From positions 3,797 through 67,796 of the forward strand of contig QIIW01000082.1 of NCBI GenBank assembly GCA_003231645.1: a DNA stretch of 64,000 nt, read 5' to 3'. Of this stretch, positions 32,059 through 45,024 are shown in pieces; positions within the stretch are counted from its first letter, which is position 1, and each line of letters begins with the position of its first letter. The notes under the pieces were generated by a model that saw only the letters and a program-made list of their open reading frames with translations, was not told the DNA's origin and ran no database searches. Origin of the DNA: Acidimicrobiia bacterium. GTDB lineage: Bacteria > Actinomycetota > Acidimicrobiia > Acidimicrobiales > Aldehydirespiratoraceae. A program made the position numbers and the translations under genes.

Positions 32059-34743
32059 TCAGTGCTCGAGCGTACGGGCGATCTCACGCTCTTCGTAGGT
32101 CTCGATGATGTCGCCATCCTTGAGATCCTGGAAGTCGGAGAGCCCGATACCACATTCGAAACCGGCCTGGACCTCACGAGCGTCCTCCTTGAATCGCCTG
32201 AGCGACTTGACGACACCCTTCCAGATGATGGTTCCGTCCCTGAGGAAACGGACCTTGGATCCACGCGTGATCGTGCCGTTCTGCACCATGCAACCGGCGA
32301 TGGCACCCACACGCGGAATCCGGAATATCTCGCGTACTTCGGCGTCACCGGTGACGACCTCCTCGAACTCCGGGGCGAGCATGCCGACCATGGCCGCTTC
32401 GATGTCCTCGAGCAGCTTGTAGATGATCTCGTAGGTGCGGATCTCAACGTCTTCGGTCTCGGCCACATCGCGAGCCTTGCGATCGGGCCTGACATTGAAG
32501 CCGATGATCGTCGCATTCGACGCCGCCGCGAGGGCGATGTCGTTCTCGGTGATGCCACCCACGCCGCGATGAACAAACGCTATCTTGACTTCGGAGCTCT
32601 CGAGCTTGCGAAGGCTCTCGGTGACCGCCTCGAGTGAGCCGTTGACGTCGGCCTTCACCACGACGTTGAGGGTCGCCGCCTCACCCCGTTGGATCTGCTC
32701 GAAGATGTCCTCGAGCTTGGCCCCGCCCGACAGGGCATGGGCTTCCCGGCCGAGATGCGACTGGCGATACCAGTGCTCGCGTGCAGCAGCGACCCGGCTG
32801 GCCACCTTCTCGCTGGGAGCGACCACGAACTCGTCGCCGGCGGCAGCAACCTCGGACAGACCGAGGATCTGGACCGGGGTGGAAGGGCCCGCTTCCCTGA
32901 TGTTGTCGCCCTTGTCGTTGATGAGCGCGCGTACTCGACCCCAGGCCGCTCCGGCGACCACCGGGTCGCCCACCTTGAGACAGCCACGCTGAACCAGAAC
33001 GGTCGCCACCGGGCCCCGGCCGATGTCGAGGTTGGCCTCGAGGACCACGCCGGCGGCGCGACCCTCGGCCTCGGACCGCAGTTCCTCCATCTCGGACACG
33101 ACCAGCAACTGGTCGAGAAGCTCGTCGACACCGATGTTCTTGAGGGCGGAAACTTCCTGGAAGATCGTCTCACCGCCCCAGGCCTCGGGAACGAGACCGT
33201 GTTCGGCCACACCCGCTATCGCCTTCTGAGGATCAGCGTTCTCGCGATCGATCTTGTTGATGGCCACGACGATCGGAACCTCGGCCGCCTTGGCGTGGTT
33301 GATCGCCTCGATCGTCTGGGGCATGACGCCGTCGTCGGCGGCCACCACCAGGATGACGATGTCGGTGGCCTGGGCACCTCGGGCCCGCATGGCAGTGAAC
33401 GCCTCGTGACCGGGAGTGTCGATGAAGGTGATCTTCTGCCCGTCGCGCTCGATTTGGTAGGCACCGATGTGCTGGGTGATGCCACCGGCCTCGCCGGCCA
33501 CGACATTGGCGTCGCGGATCCGGTCGAGAAGCTTGGTCTTACCGTGATCGACGTGGCCCATGACGGTGATCACAGGCGGCCTCAACGGGGCGTCAGCGGC
33601 TATCTCGGTGTCGAGTTCAAGCAGTTTCTGAAGCTCGACCTCCTGCTCCTCACCGGCATCGACGAGCCTGATCTCGGCCCCGACCTCTGCCGCGAACAAC
33701 TCGATCATGTCGTCGGACAACGACTGGGTGGCCGTGACCATCTCACCCTGTTGCATGAGGAACCGGACGACGTCTGCCGCGGTACGGTTGAGTTTCGGGC
33801 CTATGTCGAGAGCGGTGGAGGCTCTCTCGATGACGACCTCGCCGTCGGGCACCGGAGCGTCCTCGGGCGTGTAGGCGGGCATGTCCATCGGCTGAAGCTC
33901 TTCGCGGCTGCGACGCCTCCGGCCCTTTCGGCGAGGTGGACGACGGCCGGCACCGCCGCCGGGACGGCCCCTACCACCACCGGGGGCTCCACGGCCTCCG
34001 GCGCCCGGCACGGACTGACGCGGACCGCCGAGACGACGACCGGAGCCGGGCATGGGACCACTTCGGGGTGGACCACCCGGACGAGGCGGGCGCGGGCCAC
34101 CGGAACCGGGCGGGAATCCGCGACCGGCCGGAGCACGCTGAGGCCCTCCCGGTGGCGGTGGGATCGGCTTGCCCGAAGCAGACTTCGGAGAAACTCCAGG
34201 GCCCGCGACCATCTTCTTGACGACCTTCTTGACGACCTTCTTGACGACCTTCTTGACGACCGGCGTGGCAAGCTGAGGAGGATTCGGGGCGGGAACCTCT
34301 TCGCTGACTCGCTTGGGAGGACCCGAACTGCCACTCGACGAGATCACCCGCTTGGTCAACTCGGGCTCCGGCGCGTCGGTCATCGGCGGGGACGCGGCGT
34401 CGGTGACCGGAACGTCGGCTGGAGCAGGTGCCGGATCCGGGACGATCGCCTCGGGCTCGGGTGGCTTCGCGGTCTCTGCCGCGTCCTTCTTGGTGGTCTT
34501 CTTGGCCGCCTTTGCCGCAACCCTCTTGGTGGTCTTCTTGGGTGCCTCCGGCTCGGGGGGCTGCTCGTCGCGGACCATACCGTCACGCTGCGCCTTGCGC
34601 CTCACGCGGTCGGCCTGCGGCTCGACGACACTCGACGAATGCGACTTGACCCCGATGCCGAGGCCAAGGCAGAGATCGAGCGTTTCCTTGTTGGTCAGGC
34701 CCAGCTCTCTTGCGAGTTCGTAGACGCGGATCTTGGATGACAC
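32059..34743 (-). CDS. infB: Translation initiation factor IF-2
   Basis: [41 protein letters not shown] and SLRRFKED. Confidence 0.98.
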   Translation of the reverse strand: MSSKIRVYELARELGLTNKETLDLCLGLGIGVKSHSSSVVEPQADRVRRKAQRDGMVRDEQPPEPEAPKKTTKRVAAKAAKKTTKKDAAETAKPPEPEAIVPDPAPAPADVPVTDAASPPMTDAPEPELTKRVISSSGSSGPPKRVSEEVPAPNPPQLATPVVKKVVKKVVKKVVKKMVAGPGVSPKSASGKPIPPPPGGPQRAPAGRGFPPGSGGPRPPRPGGPPRSGPMPGSGRRLGGPRQSVPGAGGRGAPGGGRGRPGGGAGRRPPRRKGRRRRSREELQPMDMPAYTPEDAPVPDGEVVIERASTALDIGPKLNRTAADVVRFLMQQGEMVTATQSLSDDMIELFAAEVGAEIRLVDAGEEQEVELQKLLELDTEIAADAPLRPPVITVMGHVDHGKTKLLDRIRDANVVAGEAGGITQHIGAYQIERDGQKITFIDTPGHEAFTAMRARGAQATDIVILVVAADDGVMPQTIEAINHAKAAEVPIVVAINKIDRENADPQKAIAGVAEHGLVPEAWGGETIFQEVSALKNIGVDELLDQLLVVSEMEELRSEAEGRAAGVVLEANLDIGRGPVATVLVQRGCLKVGDPVVAGAAWGRVRALINDKGDNIREAGPSTPVQILGLSEVAAAGDEFVVAPSEKVASRVAAAREHWYRQSHLGREAHALSGGAKLEDIFEQIQRGEAATLNVVVKADVNGSLEAVTESLRKLESSEVKIAFVHRGVGGITENDIALAAASNATIIGFNVRPDRKARDVAETEDVEIRTYEIIYKLLEDIEAAMVGMLAPEFEEVVTGDAEVREIFRIPRVGAIAGCMVQNGTITRGSKVRFLRDGTIIWKGVVKSLRRFKEDAREVQAGFECGIGLSDFQDLKDGDIIETYEEREIARTLEH
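34213..34260. repeat. 12-bp tandem repeat x4 inside infB (encodes VVKK x4)
   Basis: Four perfect copies of cttcttgacgac. Confidence 0.95.
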
Positions 34744-34794
34744 GTGCGGCGGTTACCCTTCTGATCCAGCGGGCCCGGAAACCCGAAGACCGAT

Positions 34795-35106
34795 TTACAG
34801 GTCGTGTGCGGTGTTGGCCGCACATGTGTGGATTCGGTCACTGGTGTGCGGACACACCGCGGTGACGGTCGGCCACGACCCGGTGAGCCTAGCGACCTCT
34901 CGCTCGTTCACCTCTACTCGAAGTGCCCGTGACAGGGCGCCCGGTGTCACACGTTCCATGCACGACATCGAGGGCCCGATCCATGCACCACGGCCCCCGC
35001 CCGCACCGATCGACAGTCGACCGTCACAAAACCGTAGCCGTACGAGCTCCGAGGCCGCGAAACGCCGCCGGCAGGCCACACAAGTTCGTACCGGTGAGGA
35101 ACTCAG
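34795..35106 (-). CDS. ylxR: YlxR/RnpM family (DUF448) RNA-binding protein
   Basis: [19 protein letters not shown] motif between nusA and infB; no ATG/GTG/TTG between the nusA stop and the motif, so a CTG start overlapping that stop is proposed. Confidence 0.8.
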   Translation of the reverse strand: MSSSPVRTCVACRRRFAASELVRLRFCDGRLSIGAGGGRGAWIGPSMSCMERVTPGALSRALRVEVNEREVARLTGSWPTVTAVCPHTSDRIHTCAANTAHDL

Positions 35107-36419
35107 GCTTCCTCCTCAGCGACCGGATCCTCCGCGGGTACCTGCTCGGTGGGAGCGTCCTCGGTGGTGGAGCTCTCCTCGGTGGTGGAGCTCTCCTCGG
35201 TGGTGGAGCTCTCCTCGGTAGTGGAGCTCTCCTCGGTAGTGGAGCTCTCCTCGGTGGTGGCGTCCTCGGTGGTGGCGTCCTCGGTGGGGGCGTCCTCGGT
35301 GGTGGAGCTCTCCTCGCTCGCCGCCTCGTTCCAGGCTTCGGCCGAGATCGCCTCGCCTCCATCGGCGGGCTGCCAGACATGCTCGCCGCTGTCGGGATCG
35401 ATGATCCACTCCCCCTCCGCCCACTCGACGTCGCCCATCGCCTCTTCCTCGGCGAGCTGGGTCTCGGACTTGATGTTGATGCCCCAACCGGTGAGGCGAG
35501 ACGCCAGACGCGCGTTCTGGCCCTCCTTGCCGATGGCGAGCGAAAGCTGATAGTCGGGCACGATCACATCGCAGTCGCCCGTCATCTCGTCGGGCCTCAC
35601 CTCTTTGACCTTGGCCGGGGACAGCGCCTTCATCACGTATTCGTGAAGATCCTCGGAGAACGGAACGATGTCGATCTTCTCACCGCGAAGTTCGTTGACG
35701 ACCTGACGCACACGCGCTCCACGAGCCCCCACACAAGCTCCGACCGGGTCGACGTTGGGATCGTTGGACCACACGGCGATCTTGGTGCGGTGGCCAGGTT
35801 CCCGTGCGCAAGCCTTGATCTCGACGACACCGTCGGCGATCTCGGGAACCTCGAGTTCGAACAGACGCTTCACCAGACCGGGGTGGGTGCGACTCACGAC
35901 GATCTGGGGACCCTTGGGTGACCGGCGAACCTCGACAATGTAGGCCTTCAGGCGCACGCTGGAGTCGGGACGCTCATACGGAACCTGCTCGGACTGAGGG
36001 AGCAGTCCCTCGACCCGGCCGAGATCCAGAAGTGTGTAGCGCGCGTCGGTCTGTTGGATCATGCCGGTGACGATGTCTCCCTCACGACCGGCGTACTCCT
36101 CGTACTTCATCTCGCGTTCCGCCTCGCGGATTCGCTGGGACATCACCTGACGGGCGGCTTGCGCCGCAATACGGCCGAGGTTGTCGGGGGTGGCGTCGAA
36201 TTCCTCACCGACGGGCTCACCGTCCTCGTCGAGCTCCTGGGCGATCACCCGGAACTCCATCGTCTCCGGATCGATCGTGACCCAGGCGTATTCATGGGCG
36301 TCGGGCATCTTCTTGTAGGCGGTCTCGAGGGCATCGGCCAGGGCCGCGAACAGGGCGTCGACGGGGATTCCACGTTCGACGGCCAGCGCCTGGAGCGCCT
36401 CCATCATCTCGGCGTTCAT
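35103..36419 (-). CDS. nusA: Transcription termination/antitermination factor NusA
   Basis: [34 protein letters not shown] and [12 protein letters not shown]; acidic repetitive tail. Confidence 0.97.
   Translation of the reverse strand: MNAEMMEALQALAVERGIPVDALFAALADALETAYKKMPDAHEYAWVTIDPETMEFRVIAQELDEDGEPVGEEFDATPDNLGRIAAQAARQVMSQRIREAEREMKYEEYAGREGDIVTGMIQQTDARYTLLDLGRVEGLLPQSEQVPYERPDSSVRLKAYIVEVRRSPKGPQIVVSRTHPGLVKRLFELEVPEIADGVVEIKACAREPGHRTKIAVWSNDPNVDPVGACVGARGARVRQVVNELRGEKIDIVPFSEDLHEYVMKALSPAKVKEVRPDEMTGDCDVIVPDYQLSLAIGKEGQNARLASRLTGWGINIKSETQLAEEEAMGDVEWAEGEWIIDPDSGEHVWQPADGGEAISAEAWNEAASEESSTTEDAPTEDATTEDATTEESSTTEESSTTEESSTTEESSTTEESSTTEDAPTEQVPAEDPVAEEEA
35159..35311. repeat. 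Compound 18-bp/15-bp tandem repeat in the nusA 3' end (EESSTT / EDATT units)
   Basis: Five copies of cctcggt(g/a)gtggagctct, three 15-bp variants (cctcggtggtggcgt) and one more 18-mer. Confidence 0.95.
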
Positions 36420-36937
36420 CAGGATGTTGCCTCTCTGTGAGAAGAACTCGAACTCTTGGACCCGGGCTTCGATCCGCTCCCCGGCTTGGGGGTGGGGCCC
36501 CATTCGAAGATGGTGCGGGCCGACGAGAGGACCGTGTATGGGATGTGGGTGACGACGCCCCCGGTACGGAGATCGAAGCCCTCGTCGTCGGCGGCCTCCA
36601 TGACACCCACGAAGCGGCGCCGACCCTCGATCTCTACGCTCGTCTTGGCCTTCACCTCGGAACCGACGGCACCGAGGAAGTGGGACGGAGTGCGCAACGG
36701 CCTCTCGAGACCAGGGCTCGACACTTCGAGGGTGTAGCGGCCCGGAATGGGATCAACCTCGTCGAACAATCGACTCACAGCCCGGCTGATCCGGCGAATG
36801 CGAGCGACATCGATCCCGCCGTCGTGGTCAACCAGAATCCGCAGGATCCCGCCGTTGTGCTCGATGTCGTAGATACCGGCCGACTCGGCGGCAACGATCG
36901 GCTCGATGAGGTCGCGTACGCGATCAGTGACTGCCAT
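36419..36937 (-). CDS. rimP: Ribosome maturation factor RimP
   Basis: YTLEVSSPGLERPL motif; first gene of the nusA-infB operon. Confidence 0.95.
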   Translation of the reverse strand: MAVTDRVRDLIEPIVAAESAGIYDIEHNGGILRILVDHDGGIDVARIRRISRAVSRLFDEVDPIPGRYTLEVSSPGLERPLRTPSHFLGAVGSEVKAKTSVEIEGRRRFVGVMEAADDEGFDLRTGGVVTHIPYTVLSSARTIFEWGPTPKPGSGSKPGSKSSSSSHREATS

Positions 36938-36998
36938 TTGTCGCCTCCTTCCGGGAATCTTGTCGAACTGTTTTCGATGCGGGCTGATACCGGGCGAT

Positions 36999-37030
36999 GA
37001 AACAACAAAGGCGTGGGCCGAGCCCACGCC
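36999..37030 (-). promoter_or_regulatory. rimP leader terminator-like hairpin
   Basis: Minus strand aggcgtgggc-tcg-gcccacgcct followed by ttgttgttt, about 60-90 nt before rimP; resembles the widespread rimP-leader hairpin. Confidence 0.75.
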
Positions 37031-37130
37031 TGATCCATCAACCGGAGACCGAACGTTGGCTCACTTTAGCAGCACTCCACCCGGGGCACATCCCGCGAGC
37101 CGGCCTCCGCTCCTCGCTTGGTCGATCACA

Positions 37131-37547
37131 TCACATGTCGGCGTCGGCCACGGCCCTGACGAAACGCCGATGGACCCGACCGAGCACGACGGTGCCTTTC
37201 TCTGCGTTGACCTCCACCGTCGGGAGGATCCTCATCACGCCGAAAGTTGCCGCCATCCACATCATTCCCGATACCAAGCTGATGATCACACCCAGTTGGA
37301 GCAGAACCGAGAATCTACCCAGGCCGATGCCGGCCACCAGAAACCCGACAGCGCCATGAAGGCCAGCCGACTGATGTTGCCGCATCGACATCAGCCGATC
37401 GAACTCGGACTGCGTGAGCGGAACCCGAATCACCCCGGCCGGCCGGCCGGCCGGCGCGTAGCCATCGGCCCGGTGTCCGCTGTGCACGGATACCGGCGGG
37501 AGTCCAACGCCTGTTGCGGCCGCCAGGGGCACCTCCACCGTTGGCAT
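37131..37547 (-). CDS. Hypothetical membrane protein (2 TM)
   Basis: ATG directly after the ispG stop; two hydrophobic helices followed by LGRVHRRFVRAV. Confidence 0.6.
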   Translation of the reverse strand: MPTVEVPLAAATGVGLPPVSVHSGHRADGYAPAGRPAGVIRVPLTQSEFDRLMSMRQHQSAGLHGAVGFLVAGIGLGRFSVLLQLGVIISLVSGMMWMAATFGVMRILPTVEVNAEKGTVVLGRVHRRFVRAVADADM

Positions 37548-37548
37548 C

Positions 37549-38787
37549 TCAGCCGGTCGTGGCGGACCGTCGGATCTCCGCGATGATCGCCTCGGAGTTG
37601 TTGGCGTCTTCGCCTCGCTCGCCGAGATTGCGTCGGCGATCTTCATCGGCGGCCCGTCGGGCTGCCGCGCGGGTCGAGGAGGCGCGCTCAAGGGCAGCCT
37701 CGGCGCCGTTCTCCTGGATGTAGTCGGCCCACTCGACCAGCGTGTCGACCATCTCGTCTTCGGGTACGACCGCAACATTTTGGCCGCGGACGAACAGGTG
37801 GCCGCGTCTGTTTCCCGCCGCGATCCCGAGGTCGGCGTCGCGGGCTTCACCGGGACCGTTGACCACACAGCCCATCACCGCAACCTGCAACGGGATCTCC
37901 CGCTCCTCGAACGCCTCCATTGCCTCGCGAGCCACCCGCACCACATCGATCTCGGCTCGCCCGCAGCTCGGACATGCGATCAGGTCGATGTTCTTGCGCT
38001 CACGAAGACCCAGTATCTCAAGCAACTGACGTCCGGCGCGGGCCTCTTCGACCGGGTCGGCGGTGAGCGAGTACCGAATGGTGTCACCGATCCCCTCGGC
38101 CAGGAGGGTGGCCATTCCGGCCGTGGACTTGAGCGTGCCGACGGGGGGCGGGCCGGCCTCGGTGACTCCGAGATGGAGAGGATGGTCGGTGACCTCGGAG
38201 AGCTGCCGGTAGGCATCGATCATCAGCGGTACGCTCGACGCCTTCACCGAGATCTTGATGAGGTCGAAATCGACCTCCTGGAAGAACGCGATCTCCTGCA
38301 ACGCCGATTCGACCATCGCCTCGGGCGTGACCTTGCCGCCGTACTTGGCGTAGAGGTCGGGGTGAAGCGATCCACCGTTCACCCCGATGCGAATCGGTAC
38401 GCCTCGATCCTTGGCCTCGCTCGCCACCGCCTTGATGTGCTCGGGGTTGCGGATGTTGCCGGGATTGAGTCGCAGGCAATGCACCCCCGCCTCGAGCGCC
38501 TCGAGCGCCCGGCGATACTGGTGGTGGATGTCGGCGACGATCGGCACCGGCGACCGCGGCACGATCCGGGCCAGGCCTTCGGCTGCCTCGGGTTCGTTGC
38601 AGGTGCACCGGACGATGTCGGCCCCGGCCGCGGCCAACGCATAGATCTGTTGCAGGGTCGCCTCGTGATCGGCCGTTCTGGTGACGGTCATCGACTGGAC
38701 ACTCACCGGGGCGTTCCCGCCCACCGGCACCTTCCCCACCATGATCTGGCGGGTCTCGCGTCGGCCGAAGGCCTGCTCGTGCTCCAC
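37549..38787 (-). CDS. ispG: (E)-4-hydroxy-3-methylbut-2-enyl-diphosphate synthase
   Basis: VSVQSM, ADIH, RLNPGN, RIGVNGGSL, HLGVTEAG, ACPSCGR and MGCVVNGPGE. Confidence 0.97.
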   Translation of the reverse strand: MEHEQAFGRRETRQIMVGKVPVGGNAPVSVQSMTVTRTADHEATLQQIYALAAAGADIVRCTCNEPEAAEGLARIVPRSPVPIVADIHHQYRRALEALEAGVHCLRLNPGNIRNPEHIKAVASEAKDRGVPIRIGVNGGSLHPDLYAKYGGKVTPEAMVESALQEIAFFQEVDFDLIKISVKASSVPLMIDAYRQLSEVTDHPLHLGVTEAGPPPVGTLKSTAGMATLLAEGIGDTIRYSLTADPVEEARAGRQLLEILGLRERKNIDLIACPSCGRAEIDVVRVAREAMEAFEEREIPLQVAVMGCVVNGPGEARDADLGIAAGNRRGHLFVRGQNVAVVPEDEMVDTLVEWADYIQENGAEAALERASSTRAAARRAADEDRRRNLGERGEDANNSEAIIAEIRRSATTG

Positions 38788-38804
38788 AGGTCGAATCTAC
38801 CGCG

Positions 38805-40340
38805 TCAGCCGAATTTGACCGGGTCGAAAATGTCGCGCAGCAGCGTCACCCCGCCGACGAAGACGAGGAGCAGTACGACGACATAGGTGAGGGGTAGCAG
38901 CTTGGCCGCATCGACACGGTAGCGACGGCCACCGATCGACCGGAGACGCTCGTACGTGGCGACCGCGACGTGGCCGCCGTCGAGGGGAAGCAGCGGAATC
39001 AGGTTGAACACCCCGATGAAGATGTTGATCACGAACAGCAACGACAGCGTGTCGGCAAGACCATTCTCGACGGCGGCAGCGCCGAGACCGGCCACTCCGT
39101 AGATCGACAGGATGCGGTTCTCGTTGGGATTGGTCGAGTCGAGACGCCGCAGGTTCAGTTGCCGAGCGGCGGCAAGGGAGTTACCGGGCTGCGGCGAACT
39201 CGAACGAGAGCCGAGGATGCCGTCGAAGGCCCCGTTGAGCCCGCCGGTGAGGGCCTTGGGGAAAGCCAACGTGACATCCTTGATGAAGCTCCCGAACGTC
39301 GTGAAGGTCGCGCCGGCGGCATCGACGGCTCCGAGAGGCGAGGACGTGTAGTCAGCGGAGACGCCGAAGAAACCGATCGTGGCCACAGTGGGGTCGGCCA
39401 GTCGGTTGACGATGACCCCGTCCACGACTCCAGGCTTGCCGGTTCGGGCGTCCACCACCGTGACGTTGAGCGGCTCATCGAGATGATCGGCGGCGTAGGC
39501 AGCAAATTCGGCATAGGTGGGCGCGTGATCGAGTACGAGACCCTCGACCGCCAGGATCCGGTCACCGGCGATCAACCCGTCGATCCCGGCCGCGCCCTGT
39601 TTGGTCAGCCGCTCGCCTATCGCCGCCGCCGAATCGACCTTGCTACCGTCGTGGCTGTACGTGACCTCGACGGTGCGACCGGCGCGTGATCTCACCAGGT
39701 CGCCGAAGGCGTCGAAGGTCGTGACGTTGCGGGAGTCGAAAGTGAGGAGCTTGTCGCCCGGCACCAGACCGGCCGAGGAAGCTGCACTGTCGACCGAAAC
39801 CGATCCGAGAGTCCAGCCCTGGGCCTGGCCGGCGGCCGTGGACTGATCGACCGGTCGGCCGTTGGTGAGAAAGAGTGCGTACAGCAAGCCCAGCGCCATC
39901 AGGAAATGCATGGCGGAACCCGCCACCGCGACCGTCAGGCGCCGGGGATACGACTTCTGCCGGTAGGTCCGCGGCTCATCGGCCGGGTCGACCACGTCGA
40001 GGCTGCTCATGCCGATGATCCGCACGTAGGCACCCAGCCATATGGCCTTGATGCCGTACTCCGTCTCGCCCCGATGGAACGACCAGATCTTCGGCCCGAA
40101 TCCGATGAAGAATTCGGTGACCATCATGCCCGACCACTTGGCGGCGAGATAGTGGCCCAGCTCGTGCATCGCAATCATCACGACCAGCGCGAGGATGATG
40201 ATCACCCAGCTCCAGGCGGCCAGGAACCCGATGGCGAGAATCCCCCCGATCAGGGCGACCAGCCCGAACCAGCTCTGCTGGATCACCTCGCCTTCGGGCT
40301 CGGTCGGGCCCGCGTCGACAGGAGCGATCGGTTGAGTCAT
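38805..40340 (-). CDS. rseP: RIP metalloprotease RseP (M50) with PDZ-like domains
   Basis: HELGH, FFIGFGP and NLIPLLPLDGGH; lies between dxr and ispG. Confidence 0.9.
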   Translation of the reverse strand: MTQPIAPVDAGPTEPEGEVIQQSWFGLVALIGGILAIGFLAAWSWVIIILALVVMIAMHELGHYLAAKWSGMMVTEFFIGFGPKIWSFHRGETEYGIKAIWLGAYVRIIGMSSLDVVDPADEPRTYRQKSYPRRLTVAVAGSAMHFLMALGLLYALFLTNGRPVDQSTAAGQAQGWTLGSVSVDSAASSAGLVPGDKLLTFDSRNVTTFDAFGDLVRSRAGRTVEVTYSHDGSKVDSAAAIGERLTKQGAAGIDGLIAGDRILAVEGLVLDHAPTYAEFAAYAADHLDEPLNVTVVDARTGKPGVVDGVIVNRLADPTVATIGFFGVSADYTSSPLGAVDAAGATFTTFGSFIKDVTLAFPKALTGGLNGAFDGILGSRSSSPQPGNSLAAARQLNLRRLDSTNPNENRILSIYGVAGLGAAAVENGLADTLSLLFVINIFIGVFNLIPLLPLDGGHVAVATYERLRSIGGRRYRVDAAKLLPLTYVVVLLLVFVGGVTLLRDIFDPVKFG

Positions 40341-41497
40341 GCGTTCACCCTTTGGGCAATCAGTGCGGCTGTGATCTCACGGGCCAGACGGTCGGTTTCG
40401 AGAACAACCCCGACATCGGTGGCGGATGTTCCCGGCCACCTCTGAAGCGCGGCATCCACGACCTCGGCGATATCGACCCAACCCAGTCTGCCCTTGAGGA
40501 ACCCGTCGACCGCGACCTCGTTGGCGGCGCTCAGCCAAGCCGGAGCGGTCTTGCCGACCCGACCAGCCTCGAATGCGAGTGACAGGCAGCGGAACGACCC
40601 GAGGTCGGGAGGCTCGAAGTCGAGATGTGAGAGCTCGGCCCAGTCGATCGCTCCGTAGGGAATGTCGATCCGATCTGGGTAGGCGAGCGCGTAGCCGATG
40701 CACAGGCGCATGTCGGGCAGCGAGAGCTGGGCGATGGTGGCGCCGTCGGAGTAGGTGACCATCGAATGAACGATCGACTGCGGGTGGACCACCACCTCGA
40801 TCCGGTCATAGGGCACGTCGAACAGTTCGTGGGCTTCGATCACCTCGAGCCCCTTGTTCATCAGCGTGCTCGAATCGACGGAGACCTTCGGGCCCATCGA
40901 CCATGTGGGATGGGCGAGGGCATCCGCCACGGTGACCTCGGCGAGCTGTTCGGGCCGTCGGCCCCTGAACGGGCCGCCGCTGGCAGTGAGAACGATCTTC
41001 GACACCTGCTCCGGGTTGTCGTTGGCCCGCAGACACTGGTGAATCGCGCAATGCTCGGAATCGACGGGAAGCAGTTCGGCCCCCGGTGTGGCCCGGGCCC
41101 GCTGCACCACCGGGCCGGCGGCTATCAGGGACTCCTTGTTGGCCAGACCGAGTCTCCGACCCGTCTCGAGGGTGGCCATCGTGACCGACAGGCCGGCGAA
41201 ACCGACCACTGCGTTGACGACGGTCGGCGCCGCGCCGACCGCGTCGGCGAACGATGCCTCGCCCGCGACCAGTTCCGTGCCCTGGGGCAACATGGAGGCG
41301 AGTTCAACGGCCAGTGCAGCGTCGCCGAGGGCGACCACATCGGGGCGAAATTCGTGGGCCTGCTCGGCCAGCAGACCGATCGAACGGTTGGCACCGATAG
41401 CGGCGACCCGATAGCACTCGGGGGCGGACCTGATGATGTCGAGAGTCTGGGTGCCAATCGATCCGGTCGACCCGAGCACTGCCACGTCGGTGATCAC
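40337..41497 (-). CDS. dxr: 1-deoxy-D-xylulose-5-phosphate reductoisomerase
   Basis: LGSTGSIGTQ, LANKES, PVDSEH, TASGGPFR, HPTWSMG and MNKGLE. Confidence 0.97.
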   Translation of the reverse strand: MITDVAVLGSTGSIGTQTLDIIRSAPECYRVAAIGANRSIGLLAEQAHEFRPDVVALGDAALAVELASMLPQGTELVAGEASFADAVGAAPTVVNAVVGFAGLSVTMATLETGRRLGLANKESLIAAGPVVQRARATPGAELLPVDSEHCAIHQCLRANDNPEQVSKIVLTASGGPFRGRRPEQLAEVTVADALAHPTWSMGPKVSVDSSTLMNKGLEVIEAHELFDVPYDRIEVVVHPQSIVHSMVTYSDGATIAQLSLPDMRLCIGYALAYPDRIDIPYGAIDWAELSHLDFEPPDLGSFRCLSLAFEAGRVGKTAPAWLSAANEVAVDGFLKGRLGWVDIAEVVDAALQRWPGTSATDVGVVLETDRLAREITAALIAQRVNA

Positions 41498-41540
41498 ACC
41501 ATCCAACCTACGGGGGGAACAGGCCTGGGGCGCCGCGAGG

Positions 41541-42830
41541 TCAAATCAAATTGATCAGTCGGGCGACGTACCAGGTGGTGGGCAGCACGAACAGCAGGCC
41601 GTCGAACCGATCGAGGAGCCCACCATGGCCGGGAAGCAGAGTTCCCATGTCCTTGACCCCCAAGTCCCGCTTGATCAGCGACTCGGCGAGATCTCCGATG
41701 GGTGCCGCGAGCGCGGCCGCCGCACCCAGCAGGAGCGAAGCCGACAGGCCACCGTTCAAGGCCGTGTCACCGAAGGGCGAAGGTTGTCCGGTGGCTCCGA
41801 TCACGAGGCCGACCGCGATGGCCACCAGCCCCCCGCCCACCAGGCCCTCGACCGTCTTGTTGGGGCTCACCGCCGAAAGTGGCGACTTGCCCATGGTGGA
41901 TCCGATCACCAGCGCACCGACGTCGTAGCCGACGGTGACCAGTACGGCAGCGGTGAGAAGGCCGGTACCCGACTTGGGCACCGACAGCATCAGCGCCGCA
42001 TATGAACCGAGCAGTCCGATGTGAACGACGCCCAGCATCGTCGTGGCAATGCCACGCAGGGGCGAATCGGAAGTCACACCGGACAAGTACCAGATGAAAC
42101 CGAACACGACGGTGAGGACAAGCACCAGAGGCATTGCGGCCTCGCCCCGCCAGTAGACGGCGAGCGGCATGCTCACCACCGACACCAGGCCGAGCAGCAC
42201 CGCCGGGTGGTAGCCGGCGGTGCGCAACACGTTGAAATACTCGACCGCGGCCAACCCCAGCAGCGCGGTGACGACTATCACCGCGGCAGCCGGAGCCACG
42301 GCCATAGAAGCCAGGATGAGGGCGGCCAGGCCCAGCCCGACACCCGCCGCCACGGGCACGTCACGGCCACCGCCACCGACCGGGGCCGCTCCGAAGGCCT
42401 GTTGGCGGTGGGCCGGCTTGGAGTCGGGGCGCGCCGGGCCCGCCGACGTGCCGTCGTCGAACGAAAAGAAGTCTTCGGTGAGGGCAGGGTCGTCGACGGG
42501 AACCGTGGTGGGCTGATCGACGGGCTGGGGCACCTCTTCGTCCGCCCAGCGGGGGGTGGAGGACACTTCGGCCCACGCCGCCAGATCGGTGGAATCGGCC
42601 TCACTCAACATCGGCTCGGGCGAGAACGTGACCGACTCTGCTGTGCCGCCGACCTGGGGAACCGCACCGGTCGGTGGATCACTCCAGTGAGGCACGGCGG
42701 CGTCGTCGTCGTCGAAGGACACCTCGTCGTCGCCGAATACCGAACGCCCCGGCGCGACGACGTCGTCGTCGGTCGGATCACCCCCGGAAATCACCCGGAA
42801 GCCCTCGACTTCGTCAGATTCATCGGTCAC
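41541..42830 (-). CDS. cdsA: Phosphatidate cytidylyltransferase with a long acidic N-terminal extension
   Basis: SPNKTVEG, GDLAESLIKRDLGVKD and PGHGGLLDRFD. Confidence 0.93.
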   Translation of the reverse strand: MTDESDEVEGFRVISGGDPTDDDVVAPGRSVFGDDEVSFDDDDAAVPHWSDPPTGAVPQVGGTAESVTFSPEPMLSEADSTDLAAWAEVSSTPRWADEEVPQPVDQPTTVPVDDPALTEDFFSFDDGTSAGPARPDSKPAHRQQAFGAAPVGGGGRDVPVAAGVGLGLAALILASMAVAPAAAVIVVTALLGLAAVEYFNVLRTAGYHPAVLLGLVSVVSMPLAVYWRGEAAMPLVLVLTVVFGFIWYLSGVTSDSPLRGIATTMLGVVHIGLLGSYAALMLSVPKSGTGLLTAAVLVTVGYDVGALVIGSTMGKSPLSAVSPNKTVEGLVGGGLVAIAVGLVIGATGQPSPFGDTALNGGLSASLLLGAAAALAAPIGDLAESLIKRDLGVKDMGTLLPGHGGLLDRFDGLLFVLPTTWYVARLINLI

Positions 42831-42856
42831 GGAATCGCCCTTCCGGAACTGGGAGG

Positions 42857-44987
<2,131 letters not shown>

Positions 44988-45024
44988 CTCTCGATACTCC
45001 TGAATCGTTGTTCGAAGTGGTTGA

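Noticed and set aside
32689-34740. 683-aa plus-strand ORF, and similar long antisense ORFs such as 23846-25873 and 968-2332
   Set aside because: Shadow frames opposite well-supported genes, expected from high-GC codon bias; no recognisable motifs.
35159-35311. Regular short repeats resembling a CRISPR array
   Set aside because: No unique spacers, unit lengths are multiples of 3 within the nusA frame, and no cas genes are present.
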